A stretch of DNA of 64,000 nucleotides, from positions 24,616,001 through 24,680,000 of the forward strand of contig NC_087251.1 of the NCBI RefSeq assembly GCF_037042905.1, written 5' to 3'. Position numbers and translations under genes: made by a program. The stretch comes from Lytechinus pictus. Taxonomy: Eukaryota. Positions 14,001 to 27,700 of this stretch are shown here, piece by piece. Positions within the stretch are counted from its first letter, which is position 1; each line of letters opens with the position of its first letter. The notes under the pieces are model-generated. The model did no database searches. It saw only the letters and a program-made list of their open reading frames with translations, and was not told where the DNA came from.

Positions 14001-17000
14001 GGAAACAGGGCAACGAAGTACGTAAAAGAAGACTAAGCAAACTTGGAGAAGCAACGTCCGAGGGGATTGCACATGTACTAGTAATTTACGTCGGCTTTCA
14101 ACGTGTATCAATAGGATTTCCAGAGATTTGGTCGCAGAGCATTTCTCCAGTGGGGGAGGGTGAGGTAGCCTATAATCAATTCATCGGTGGATGGATGGAT
14201 GACTGAAAGAATGAAAAGATGGAGGAATAGGCATATATGAATGGATCATCCGATGGCCCAAGAATGGATAGACATGGATACCAATGACAAAGTAATAGAT
14301 AGGGGCGCCCCATGGGAGCTTTTGTTGAATTAGCTAACCCTTATTAAATAAACAATAAACAAAAAAATACAGATGGAAAGATGAACTTTTATTGCAACAA
14401 ATGAGAGGCAGATAGGCCTACGCATACAGTGTGTGCACGAGCAGTTCAACTGTTGAAAAAATCTGAATGACTGTGGAGCGTGGCGACACGATCAGGACAA
14501 AAACATCACTCGCATCTTGATTGACTTATTTAGCAATGAAAGTGGAATTAACCGGGAAGTGGAACTCCCATTTCCCTGTTATATATAAAGGAAAAAGGGA
14601 ATGATAACTGTTGTTTTATAGCAGAGGAAGTGTATTTTTTCATATTGGGATTGCCCGTGGGGTTGGGACCAAGGAGATTCCGGCGTTTCGACATTTTACA
14701 ACTGATTGGGAAAATGATAATCATTTTGATGGTTGAGAAAAGAAATGTGCTCAGTTCACACTCAGGATTTATTTTTGCTGGGGTTACGTGCTGAAGAAAA
14801 TTTAACAAAGCAAAATAAAAACATAAGAAAGGTTCTGACACGAAATGTTGGTCATATTCCATACATTTCTCCAATTTGACACCTACCATAATTCCAGGGG
14901 GTGCTGCATGCCTGTAGAAAATAATACACGCCGCATCCCCAGCACCCCCGCTTCCAAGGGGCATACAATCGCGGAATAATTAGTCGTATCAGAAAGTATC
15001 AAATCAGTCAAGGCGATCGTATATAGAAAGTGTTGGAATATGGTTCAACTATTTTGGCTATCAGTTGGTATGAAAGGCCAATCGTGCATAGTGGTGGTGA
15101 TGACTTTCGAAAAAAATGAAATTTTTTGCAAGCCCCTTCTGGCGAGGTTCAATGGGTATACGCTTATTCTGATGTATTTACTTTATGGTGATGTGATGCA
15201 AATATGTTGACGATAAAAAATATAATATTTTGCCTTTATGGGTGTTTTACAACTCCAGGGGGGGGGGTCAAGGAGATATTTCAGAGTACTCACTGAGAGA
15301 CACGCCGATCTGCAAAAGGTAAAGCGGTCATGGGGCAAGCAAACAAGTAATACTTTCCTGAAAAGGCATACCATAATAAAGTTAATTGGAGAGAATAATA
15401 TTGAACTAAAGAGAAAAATAACATTGAGAATGCGAACATAAGGAATACACAAAACCTGAGTTTAGGAATTGTATAAACAGCAAAAAATACAGAAAGATGT
15501 TATGAACATGCTTTCACCATATAGCTCCATGCTTTCACTATTCATGATGTATAATGCAATGATAAAAAGGGAAAATGTTTTCAGTTGTATTTAATTTCAA
15601 CCAGTGGCGTAAATAATGAACATAAATAAATATGAAGGGCATATAGGGCACAAATCTTGATTTTTTTTTTTGGTAATCTACGATAGATTTTGACATGATA
15701 TTCAGACCCGGTATTCAGATAATAGTTTTCCTTCTCTCTTTCCTTTTTTTTTTTTGGGGGGGGGGGCGTGACAAATTTGGGAATCCATATAGCCCTAAGC
15801 CTTATTTTGAACGCCACCGATTTCAACTGAATACAAGGTAGTCAAGTGGGCAGCCGACGCAGCGTGTAAAACAGTATAAATTTCATTGCATGATAATAAT
15901 AAAATTATAAATAATGTCTTGTGCAGTTAGCAGAAACGAGGATAGGACGTTTTGTAATTCGCTATGCAGTAAAATAATGAGAAAGGCTGAAACGATATAT
16001 ATTCAACTGGATCAACTGGTTATCAGACGGAATGGCATGTATGTACATAGGCCATGTGGATAGTGAACGAACTGATGGTAGACCAAATGATATTAGACGA
16101 GTTGGCAATTGGACGATTTGGCATCGGACGAAATAAAAGTAAACCGATCCGATCCATGGACTTAGCGCCTATTATCACGCCGGTATAGATAAGGAGGTAC
16201 AATGTTGGAAACGATGCCCAACGGACATGTGCGTATCCAGGATTGAGCCTGACTATTTTGGCGCCCCTCTGAACTTTTCGTAAAATGGCACCCCGACCCG
16301 CCCAGCCAGGGAATCATAGGTGCCGTAAATGCAGTTTGAATTATCGTATTTCATAATCACGTGAAAAATACAGAAAGATGTTAGGAACCATGCTTGAACT
16401 ATTCATGAATACAACCATTGGCGTAAAAAATATGAATTAAGGGGCCAGATATATGTGTCGGGCACAAATCATTTTTTATCGGTGATAGATTTTGACATAA
16501 TATTCAGATATTAGTTCCCCTTCTCGCTTTCTGTTTGTATTGGCCGTGACAAATTTGGGAATCCATATAGCCCCAATCCTTCCCCATTATTTTGAACGCC
16601 ACTGATTTCAACTGGATATCGTCAAAAAATATTGATTGATTGATTTTATTTCGCAAGTCACCATAATATATATACAGTAGCATTAAAAACAACAGGCTTA
16701 CACAGGATGACCCACGAAAGCTCTAAAGCTATTTTCCAGTGGGGAAATAGGCTTTACCTTGTAAATAAATATTACCTTGGAAATAAGCTTTACCTTGTAA
16801 ATAAATATTTACAAGGTAGTCAAACTGACAGCAGATGCAGCGTGTAAACACAGTATGAATTTCATTACATGATAATAATAAAATGATAATTACGTAATGT
16901 CATGGGTGGTGAAACAAGGATGGGACGTTTTGTAATTCGCTACGCAGGCTTTTGATAGTAAAGCTGATGAAATACAGGGTTGAAAGTAAAATAATGAGAA

Positions 17001-17581
17001 AGACTGAAATGAAACGATCTATTCAAAATATAAATTCCATGAAAGAGAAGCGATTCAAACAGAGTATTATATTGCGTTTACATTCCCTCTGATTCATATT
17101 CTTTTGATTCCCTTTCAACAATCTACTTCTTTCTTTCTTTCTTCTCTCTCCTCCATGCCCCCCTTCCCTTTCTTGGGGCGGCGGGGGATGGGGGGGGGGG
17201 GTATCGGATATGAGAAAGCATGCAGTTTAGGTGTTATGGCACACTCGGACAAGTTCAATTTAGTGGCCTAGTAGGTCCATTGGTAAATAACCAAGTCGTC
17301 TATTTGGTCCAGTATCCAATTCATTTTCATTCATTTTGCACAATAGCACGTTGTCCAATTAGACCAAATGGTATATGGACTAAATGGCTATTGGACCAAC
17401 TGGTTACTAGACGATAGTGGATGAGCATAATTATGGTAGACTTTAATGATAGTAGGCGAGTTGGCAATTTGACGATTTGGCATCAGACGAAATGGAAGTA
17501 AACTGATCTGATCCATGGACTTATATAGTATCACACCGGTATAGATAAAGAGGTACAAAAGTGGAAACGATGCCCGACGGA

Positions 17582-19696
17582 CATGCGCATATCCAGGATT
17601 TTGCACCACGAGGGGGTCACTATTTTTGCGCCCCTGTGAACTTTTCGGAAAATTGCACCCCGACCCGACCACTCAGGCAATCAAAGTGCCTAAATGCATT
17701 TTGAATTGTCTTATTCCACAACCACGTGAAAAAGGCAATCGAAGACCATTTTTTGTAACGTGTCCATGTAAAAAAGATCAAAGTTGTATCCACTTCTTGA
17801 AAAGAATAAATGCGACCAGAAAGCATAAAATTTTTAAGCGTTTTGGGGTTTCAATTTAGTTCAACTTTTCATCAGAGTGGTAGACCATACTAAAATTATG
17901 TGCGGGAGCTGTAATTTCTTAACCGGGGCTAGATTCAGCTTTCGCCAATAGGGGAGGGGGATATTTTCATCTGTTTTCCGATCAAACATTCTACGCTTTT
18001 TGCAACCGTGAACATGATATGTATATGAATTATTTAAACAATTATTATTGATACGAGCGCGAAACGTGAGCTGAATTTTTTTTATATTCTGACCTAAAAT
18101 TTTTTTTGGGGGGGGGGAATCTACGAGCACTTTTGGCAATCAAGAACAGGATGGGTATCTATCAACATTTTATGCGATCACGAAGTGCGAACTGACCATT
18201 TTTGAATTCCCAATCCAACACTGGACATCATAAGCACTTTTTATAACCATGAACAGGATGGGTATATAGCTAAATAATTAATGCGAGCGCTAAGCGCGAG
18301 TTCAAATTTTTTGATATTCTGACCTCGTAAATTTGTGCGAGTGCGAAGCGCGATCTTAAAAAGTGATTGATATTTTGACCTAAAATTTGGACATTCTAAG
18401 CACTTTTGGTAATCATGAACAGGATTGTCATATAACTAAACATTGATGCGTCCGCAAAGAGCGAGATGAAATTTTTTTCATATTCTTACCTAAAATTTGG
18501 ACATTTGAGTAAGCATTTTCGGTTATCATGAAAAGGATGATCAGTAACAAAACAGTTTATGCGAGCGCGAAGCGCGAGCTGAATAAAAATCTATATATTT
18601 TGATACAAAGTCAGACATTCTAAGCACTTATCTTACCATGAACAGGATCGCCACCTTACTAAACAATTAATGCGAAGAGTAGGATGGATTTGTTTTTATA
18701 TTCTGATCTAAAATTAGGACTTTCTAGGCACTTTTGGTAATCATGAACAGGATTGGTAATTGATGGGAGCAAACATGAGTTTGGCACCCCCTCCCCTCCC
18801 TAGGTAAATTGAACCTGAATTTGATGCACCGAGACAAATATCAAATTGGCGTGTGGTGAATATCCATTCGGCACCACCTAGGTTGAACATCAATTCGGCG
18901 CCCCTATATGTCAAACAGCAACTCGACAACCGTATATAGGAAAAATAATTATTCGGCGCCCCATCCCCAAGGTTAAACATCATTTCGGTGCCCCTATGTC
19001 GAACATCTATACGGCGCCCCGAGGTAAAACATTAATTCACCCCCCCCCCCCTAGGATGAAGATCAATTTGGCACACCCTAGGTCGAACATCAATTCGGCG
19101 CCCCTAAGCAAAACATAAATTCGGCACCCGCTATATACATGCTCTAGGTTGAACATCAATTCGGCGCATCCACCCCCCCCCCCATGTCAAACAGCAATTC
19201 GTCAACCCTACGAAAAAAATATCGATTCGGCGCCCCCTTGGTGCCCCTATGTCGAACTTCGATTCGGCACCCTCCTATGTCGAACATCTATACGGCTCCC
19301 CGAGGTTAAACATCAATTTCCTCCCCCCCCCCCTTCCTAGGTTGAACATCAATTTGGCAGCCCCTAGGTCGAACTAATACAGGGACACTAGGTCGAACAT
19401 CGATTTGGCGCCCCCTAGGTCGAACATCAATTCGGCGCCCCCTAGGTCAGATATCAACTCGACGCCCCTTATTTCGAACCACAATTCGGCTCCCCTATCT
19501 ATGTTGGACTTAAATTCGGCGCCCCTAGGTCGATTATCGATTCGGCCCCCCCCCCCCCCCAGGTCGAACACCAATGCGGCGCTTCTTTTTTCCCTCCTCT
19601 CTTTCTTGCCCCCTTTCTCTTCTCTCCCCTCCCTTTTCCTCCCCTTTTCTTTCCTTCCCTTTTCTCCCTATTTTGGCGACCCCGAATACGCGCATG
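17582..19696. mobile_element. Probable composite hAT-type non-autonomous element
   Basis: Ends CATGCGCATATCCAGG / CCCGAATACGCGCATG are imperfect inverted repeats; the interior has GCGAAGCGCGAGC repeats and a minisatellite; no TSD seen. Confidence 0.5.
18765..19580. repeat. Degenerate minisatellite of about 27 bp
   Basis: CTAGGTCGAACATCAATTCGGCGCCCC variants in tandem. Confidence 0.85.
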
Positions 19697-19969
19697 GTAG
19701 AGCTACGGATATAGAGAAATAAGGACAAAGATGTAATGAAAATATAAAAACTCTTGAAATACTTTACGTTTTCTAGGCAAACAAGAATCCAAACTCCAAA
19801 GCGTATAAATAACGTCCGGCTGAATAGACCTCCATTTGCATTCTGTTTGATATATGCTTTCCTGTAAGTTCCATTGTGGGCAAAATAAAGGGCAAAAGTA
19901 AGTCTGCTTTCTTTGAGAGGGTGTAAATGATGATATATTAAAATACCAGCGAGTGCCATAGGTGCTAAT

Positions 19970-21081
19970 CATAGGCGACGGAACGTATTTTCAATTTTAT
20001 TTTTTATTTTTTTTGGGGTGGGCAAAGCCAAAAAAGGCACTTATATACAAAATTTGCATTTTTTATGCAAACTGATATTTTCACCATGAGATTATCATCT
20101 GTGTTAAGTAGTTGTGCGTTTTGTAGTAATTAAATTGAGCAAAACCTTTTTAAAGTCTTTTCTTATTGATAAAATATCTATTTAGGCTTTATTTTTCCGG
20201 GAGCGAGCGTAGCAAGCAAGCAGTTTGAACATTTTCAAATCTGAAGTTGTGAAACTCGCCGCTTTTTGGTCAAATCGCGCAAATTATTGTTAAAAGAGCA
20301 TTCTTGCGAGGTGTTCAGAGCGCAAATCGCGAGCTATAAATTCTAGACATTGCTTGTACATTTTCAAATCTGAAGTTGTGAAACTCGCCGCTTTTTGGTC
20401 AAATCGCGCAAATTATTGTTAAAAGAGCATTCTTGCGAGGTGTTCAGAGCGCAAATCGCGAGCTATAAATTCTAGACATTGCTTGTACTAACATGACTAA
20501 TAAGACATGAAAATCAAACATTCCGAGCAATTTTGTTATGAAAAAGATGTGCATCTAATTGAAGAATGGACGCGAGCGCGATATTCCAACCAGAAAACTG
20601 GACATTCTAAGCACTTTTTTAACCCCAAGAACTTAATTGTGTGTCTTAATAAATAATAATTGATGCGAAGCGCGAGCCGAAAATTTGTAATATTTCAACC
20701 TGAAAACTGGATATTCTAAGCAGTTTGAAACCGAGAACATAATGTGTACCTTTGATGCGAGCGGAAAGCGCGAGCTGAAGATTTGTGACATTTAAACCTG
20801 AAAATTGAACATTATAAGCACAAGTTGTAACCAAAACAAAGTGAGTGCCTTCCTAAAAAATAAATGATGTGGGCGCGAAGCGCGAGCCAAAAAAATTGTG
20901 ATTTCCAACCTAAAATGTATCGTTTGACTTCAAAAAAGGTATTTTATTTTGAAAAGGGACATACATGTACATCATTTTGAAATAAGTGCACTCTCCATTT
21001 AAAAAAGGCATTTTTTTCCTACTGGGATTTTTTATGTAGGGGGTTAAGTGCCCCTGCCGCCCCCCGGTTCCGCCGCCCCTG
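19970..21081. mobile_element. Non-autonomous hAT-type DNA transposon
   Basis: TIRs CATAGGCGACGGAAC / GTTCCGCCGCCCCTG; 8-bp TSD GTGCTAAT/CTGCTAAT (7/8); internal GCGAAGCGCGAGC motifs. Confidence 0.75.
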
Positions 21082-21376
21082 CTGCTAATATAGCCTCGGG
21101 TTATAATTTTTATCTAAGTTCAAACTGGTATTAACAAAAAAATGTTGGTATGACTGCATTTTATAACGATGGTTTTCTTTAAAATATATATTTTTTACCA
21201 TTTCGATCCATCACATGTTTGCATTTTTTTGTCCGTCGATATGCCCAGCGCTGAGAGGTCATGCCAAAACGTGATTTTGCATGAAGTACATTCTCTGAAC
21301 CATCATCGGAACTTCGGAATCACTCAGAGATGGAAGACCCCTTCCCCCAAATAGTTCCGCCTAGCTGTATGTCCTC

Positions 21377-21378
<2 letters not shown>

Positions 21379-21432
<54 letters not shown>
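21379..21432. repeat. (TA)n microsatellite
   Basis: Seen directly. Confidence 0.95.
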
Positions 21433-21435
<3 letters not shown>

Positions 21436-21723
21436 ATAAGACATCAGAAATGCGAAACACAAATTCAAGAGTAATGCAGTTTTTGCAATAAAATTTGCAA
21501 TTTTATTATATATATATATCACCATAAGTACGTAATTTTATTATCCGAGCCCATGCAGCGGACCGAGGAGGAGTGGGTGGAGGGAGAGGCACCTATAGGA
21601 GACGTCATACTTGTTTTTGTTCAGTATATACTACCATAACAAGTTGAAAATAAAAATACAAAGATAAACTTGGAGGGGGATCGATGATACATTGTTATAA
21701 CATACAGACCTACGCACCGGTAT

Positions 21724-22455
21724 CATAGGCGGATCCAGGAGGCCGACGTTACGCCCCCCCCCCCCCCCCCCGATATTGGCGGCGCAAAGTAATATGAACG
21801 AAAGCAGAGGGGGGGGGGGACAAAATATAAGAGGAAGAATGAATAAAAAAAGGTGAGGGGAATTCAGACTTGGGGAGGGGTGGGAGCCAATCATGTCACT
21901 ACACATGTATAAAAACAATTTAGCCCGCGCTTTGTGTTCGCATTGCCTGTTCGATGGAACATCTATTCATCTATACCAATTCATTTATTGATTTATTCAT
22001 TCAGTCATGGTTAAACAGGTTCACAAGTTCAGAGTTATTAGTATATAAAATCATAGTAACAAGTACAATAGCAAGGTATAATTCATATCAAAATAGTATG
22101 AGACATAAAGAAATATTAACTGATCAATGTAATACAAAACACGGAAACATTGTTGAAGGACTTATAGTAAAACGAACAAGGGAACTAAATAGGCCTTTAC
22201 TTATTCAAATTTTTGGGCACCTTATCCGTCAGTGTGCATCTTGTTTAATGATCATATTGCTCAGATCAATTTTCAGGACACAATACACAGTCCGAAAATA
22301 ATACCTCACGCTCGCATTTTTTATAGGGCTTAGTACTGTTACGACTATAGATTCCAACAAAAACTAGCTTTGAGCTGCCGATCGATCGGGAAAAATGTGG
22401 ATGAAAATATTGTTCACCCCGGCCCCGTTATTAGTGAAAGCTGGATCCGCCCCAG
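21724..22455. mobile_element. Degenerate MITE (GGCGGATCCAG TIR family)
   Basis: CATAGGCGGATCCAG ... CTGGATCCGCCCC; right end similar to 55890-55968. Confidence 0.55.
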
Positions 22456-23629
22456 AATATATTGTTTAAAAAAAAGGCATAGGCCACGCGGTATTTGTCA
22501 TTTTTTAGTGATAAATACATTGAGGCAGTATATTGACAAATAATCACTGGAAGAGAAAGAGCATCTTTCGCCCTATATAACGCACAAAGCAAAATAATGA
22601 AAAATGGCGGCCAAGCTAGTTCAATACAAAATTATTTCCTTTTCCTTTAAAAAAAATGTTACAACACATTATAATAATGAACAAATCAAAATACAGAACT
22701 TGAAGAAATTGATAACAATTCAGTGAATCGGAATCGAAACAAAAATGCGTATGTAAATATAATTATAAAATAGAAATAAAAAACGGGAAAAAAATAAGAA
22801 TAGCCCTTTCACAAGCAACCATAATTCTCCCTCCCTTCATACCCTGGACAAGTAAAGAAAAAAAAATACAGCTAGAGAAACGAAGCAAAGATGAAAAGCA
22901 AGGAAAGGGAAGGAAAGCCGTCTCTCGGTACCTGGTACCCTGCCCAGATATCAATATGTACGTAGGACCTATTCTCCGCGATTTGAAAAACAACGTGCAT
23001 AACATCACAATTATTATGATGGTCATTTCAAAAAGTTCCTTGGTTGTTTCCAAGTTATTTAATTTGCCGTCGAGGGACTGCGCGAATGCACACGCTCCTA
23101 CAGGAAATGAATGAAAAAGTCGCAAATAGACTCCGCCGTTCAATCCGATACTGTACTGTATAGCCGGTATACAGATCGGCACGTGAGACAAGCTCAGAGG
23201 CGATGGATATGAATATTCATGAGCAGGTATTGATGTCATTTGGTCTCAAGGTGGCGCTCTTCATTTGTTATGTCCATTTCAAAATCTGCATCAAAAGAAA
23301 GCTCACTTGGTAAAATTTATCTTCTTTATATATTTTTTTGAGAATAAAAACAGTTCTTTTGGCCAATGCAATATATTTTATGGACTCAGAACTTGTTTAT
23401 GAGTATTTTGAAAAGCGAAGAGTGAAATCTAAAAGAAAGTTTTGAAATAAACCAATGTCACAATTTACCTTTAATGCAAAAGTTTTAAAATTTAACAGCA
23501 ATTTTTTCATTTTTTTTTCATTGTGTACACAGAGGAGCTGGATAACAGTCAGACCAATACCTGAGTATGGATATATATATTCATATGACAAATTATTTAA
23601 TACCAAGATTTCAAGTCATAATCTTAAAG

Positions 23630-24093
23630 TGACCAACCACCCCAAAACCACCAATAAGTCGACAGGGAAGGTTCTTTGTTAATAGCCAAAATAGTAAACT
23701 TGTCTTCAAAAACCCAAAATTAAAAACTTAGCTTACAGGGAGTAATTCTACATCTTTATACTGCAAAAATTTCGAGTTGTAAAGTTGAATAGAAAACAAG
23801 ATACAAGAGTTTCTCCGACACAAGTTTTGCGGACTGCTTGGAAGTTTCATTAAAACTACACAGTGTGCACATCTCATGCCTGAGTGAACAAAAACTTGAA
23901 AAGTTGCTTTTTCCTATTCTGAAGCTCTCACTTTTTTTCTCTGCATTCATTCAAGTATTTGAGTGAGTTATTGTTGATCAAATTTGACAAATCATATATC
24001 GTTTTAAAGCTTAGGGTGTGCTTTTTCAAACTCAATAAAAATCTCAAAATTCAATTTGGGTGACTTATTGTTGGTTTCGCGGTGGCTGGTCAC
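23630..24093. mobile_element. MITE
   Basis: Imperfect TIRs GTGACCAACCACCCCAAAACCACCAATAAGTC / GACTTATTGTTGGTTTCGCGGTGGCTGGTCAC. Confidence 0.65.
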
Positions 24094-24118
24094 AAATAGA
24101 GTATTGTATCCTTGTTAA

Positions 24119-24721
24119 AGGTCAAGTCCACCCCAGAAAAATGTTGATTTGAAGAAATACAGAAAAATCAAATTAGCATAACGCTGAAAATTTCATCAAA
24201 ATCGGATTTAAAATAAGAAAGTTATGACATTTTAAAGTTTCACTTATTTTTCACAAAACAGTGATATGCACAACTCAGTGACATGCAAATGAGATGGTCA
24301 ATGATGTCCATCGCTCACTATTTCTTTTGTTTTTTATTGTTTGAATTATACAATTTTTCATTTTTTACAGATTTGACAATAGGGACCAACTCGACTGAAT
24401 CATATAGTTTTAAGCAATGCTAGTTCCAACTGTTCATGTTGGAATCAAGCATTGTTTCACTTGGCAATGAGGAGAAAATTAGAATATTTCATATTTCATG
24501 TAATAGAATACAAAAGAAATAGTGAGTGGATGACATCATCAGTCTCCTCATTTGCATACCGACCAGGATGTTCGTATAACTGTTTTGTGAAATTAAGCAA
24601 AACTTTAAAATGTCATAACTTTCTTATTTTACATCCGATTTTGATAAGGTTTTTAGTGTTTTGCTTGTTTGATTTTTCTCTTTTTATTCAAATCAACTTT
24701 TTGTTGGGGTGGACTTGTCCT
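24119..24721. mobile_element. TTAA-targeting non-autonomous DNA transposon (Kolobok-like)
   Basis: TTAA|AGGTCAAGTCCACCCC...GGGGTGGACTTGTCCT|TTAA with long subterminal inverted repeats. Confidence 0.85.
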
Positions 24722-27700
24722 TTAAAGAGGCACTCTTGGCTGAAAACTTATGTGATTTAAAGATAGTAAAATAAGATAAAACACTGGAAAATTTATCACA
24801 ATCGGACAAGGAAAAACAAAGTTTTGGGTTTTCAATGTTCTGGTCTTTAAATTTTATTCTATATATTTAAATGTCATTATTTTTATCCTGGAGTGTAAAG
24901 GTACACAGAAGAGATACATGTAGTTCTTTGCATAATCAAAATGACCATGGCAGAGGAGTTTAACACAGATTACAGCAACGAGTGCACACATTGCCCCAAG
25001 ACATCTCTTCCACTTATTGATTTTTTACACAGTGAGGGTCAGCGCTGATAAAGTAAACCATATCCAGGCCTATGGCATTACGACTCAACTCGTGAAGAAT
25101 TGCTAGAGAGCACAAGATCTCATCTCTCTCTTTCTCTCTCTCTCTTCCCCTCCATCAAAATTTTCCACTTGGTGGGCTCACATTATCCTATGCTAATCCT
25201 CCCCCCCCCCCTTCACTGACTATGTATGTCTGGTTGTATTCCTCATAATGCTTTATGATATCTGCTCTACCTGTCATTGATAATATCTATTTGTCCCCCC
25301 CCCCCCTTCCCTCTGTTTCTTAAATCTCTTATTTTCCCACTCAGAAAATTGACTAAAAATAGAAATTCACACCACTTTAAAAAAAATCTAGTTCACATGT
25401 TCTCCCATTCTAGGTTAATCTAATTGGAACATGTATTTCTAATCATCTTGTTATAAATTATATTTCAGGTAATAATGCCTGCATGTATGAAGATTAGTCC
25501 ATGCATTAGTGTGTAAGAGAAAATGGAGCAGTTATTAAAAGCTCCCTCCCAACAGGAAAACAAATCAAATCACATGTATACATCAAATATATGTAAATTA
25601 ATTTGTGGGGGCAACATACATGTACCACCTACCATTGTCTCTATATTTTGTACATGACTGTGTATGTGAACAGGTTGAGATATTAAAGCACTCTACAAAT
25701 TTCCAAGTTGGATTGGAATATATTAGTTCACTTCAATTGAGTTTAGTTTTATAGTCATAGCAACAGGGTCATCAACAACTGATGTTTGTGCTGCTATGAC
25801 TATGAGAATAAAGAATAAAAGAAGATGCTGATGTTTACACAAGTTTAATATAAATTGATGTACAAAATACATGTAATCTAATGTATTAGAAAACAGATTA
25901 TAACAACATTTCTGAACATTACACTCTGGTGTGAAAAGGAATCTCAAAAGCAAATATGAGAAAATATATGCTGCAAGAGCAGAAGACGGATGACACCTAA
26001 AAGAGGTTGTAAGGACCATGAGCATTGGGGATGCTGTTTAAGTGTGCTAATAACATTTTGAGAATGGTTGATAAGTACAATGCATTAAACTACGCGACTA
26101 TCTTCTCGTAGGTCAGTCTTTCCAATTGCTGGTATAGCAAGGATGTTTTCTGGTTTCACTCTGCAATGTAGGAGCAGTATGTACATAGTAATTACCAGTG
26201 AATGACTATAACATCAAGACAAAAGTCAACAGTATACCCACTAGCCACTATACCATCTGAAAGAGGAATATTAATGGAAAAAATATTGAAATGAAGTAGC
26301 AACATTAGAGGATTCATTGTTGCTGTGAAGGATTATCAACCTAAACCTTTTATATAAAAAGACTATACAAAAAATTCTCCGCATCAAAATTTGATAAACA
26401 AAGTGTGCAAGAAAGTAAGAATAAACAAATAAAAAGAGAAGAAAAACATCTTGAAATATCAGGTTGAGAGTTTCTATTATTACATGCTTTCCAGATTAAA
26501 TTTGACCATCAGTACACCCATAGACTGATCAAGGGCCTTAACAGTCCTGGTTCAAATTTCATGAAAAGGTTTTTAGAAAGACGGTCACTCAAGCCACCAA
26601 TTTATACCAGATGCTGTATGAGGCACACGTTCGTAAATCATTATCAACATTTTCTATATATGAAATATAGCCTATTATATCTAAGAACAAAATCACAGAT
26701 TTCTTAATTTCTAGCACTTTTATAGGGCAACTGAATGTTAATTCTGGACTTGAAAACCTCCACGTTCTTTGGAAATTTGGAGCAGGAATATGTGCTTTAA
26801 GCATACTATCCAAGGCTACAGTCGAAGTGTGAAATTCGTGAGAGCATCTCAAGTTGTGTGTTCTGCACAATTTGAGACAGAAATCCATTAGATGGAGATC
26901 ATTCACGCAAATTACATTCACAGGTGGATTACATAGCCATGTGCGACAATGACATGGCCATGTGATCAATGAACAGCCGATCTGCTAATGTGAGCAGAGA
27001 AAGCGAAGAGAGGGAGGGAGAAAACATTCAAGCTAATGTCAATTATTAGATAAAATTCCCTTAATGCCAAATGTTGGTGAGTAAAAAATGTGTTTATCAC
27101 TTTTAATTACATATTGTATTACATGTACATAGAATCTTTGTGAACATTAGACCATGAAATTCATTTCCTATAATAGAATTTCATTTTACATCTGAACATG
27201 GCCAATTCCACAAATGGATGATTTTCTTGGCTTCCCTGCAAATCCCATTCTGGTTGGAAAGGGCTTTTAACACTTGTAGCCCCCCCCCCCCCCCACCACA
27301 CACTCCCACATATTCTCACTTGTATGAACACATTATATCTATTACACTATCATTCTTTCTTTCTCTTTCCTTCCCTTCCTCTCTGCCTCTTTACCTCTCA
27401 TCCTCTCCTTCTAATTCCTGCTTACATTTCTCTGATAACATACACCTACACATATATTTGCCGATGCAGTGATTCTGAATCTAGCTACTACTGCTCTCTT
27501 ACCTCATCTGAAAAAAAAATCATTGATTTCCCCCTTCTGCTATTCATCAAATTTACATGACCCAAGCAATGTAATATTGCATGTTCAATATTCCATTCAT
27601 AATTAGGTTCATGTAATTTAAGTTAAAATGACAGCAGACAAGAATTGCAGTAGAAAAAACAAAGTCGATGCCAAAACGTTCACGTCAGGTTAATCTACTA

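Noticed and set aside
14548..14964. 138-aa ORF
   Set aside because: No recognisable domain or splice support.
24119..24721. piggyBac classification
   Set aside because: The TTAA TSD fits, but the termini are AG...CT rather than CC...GG, which fits Kolobok better.
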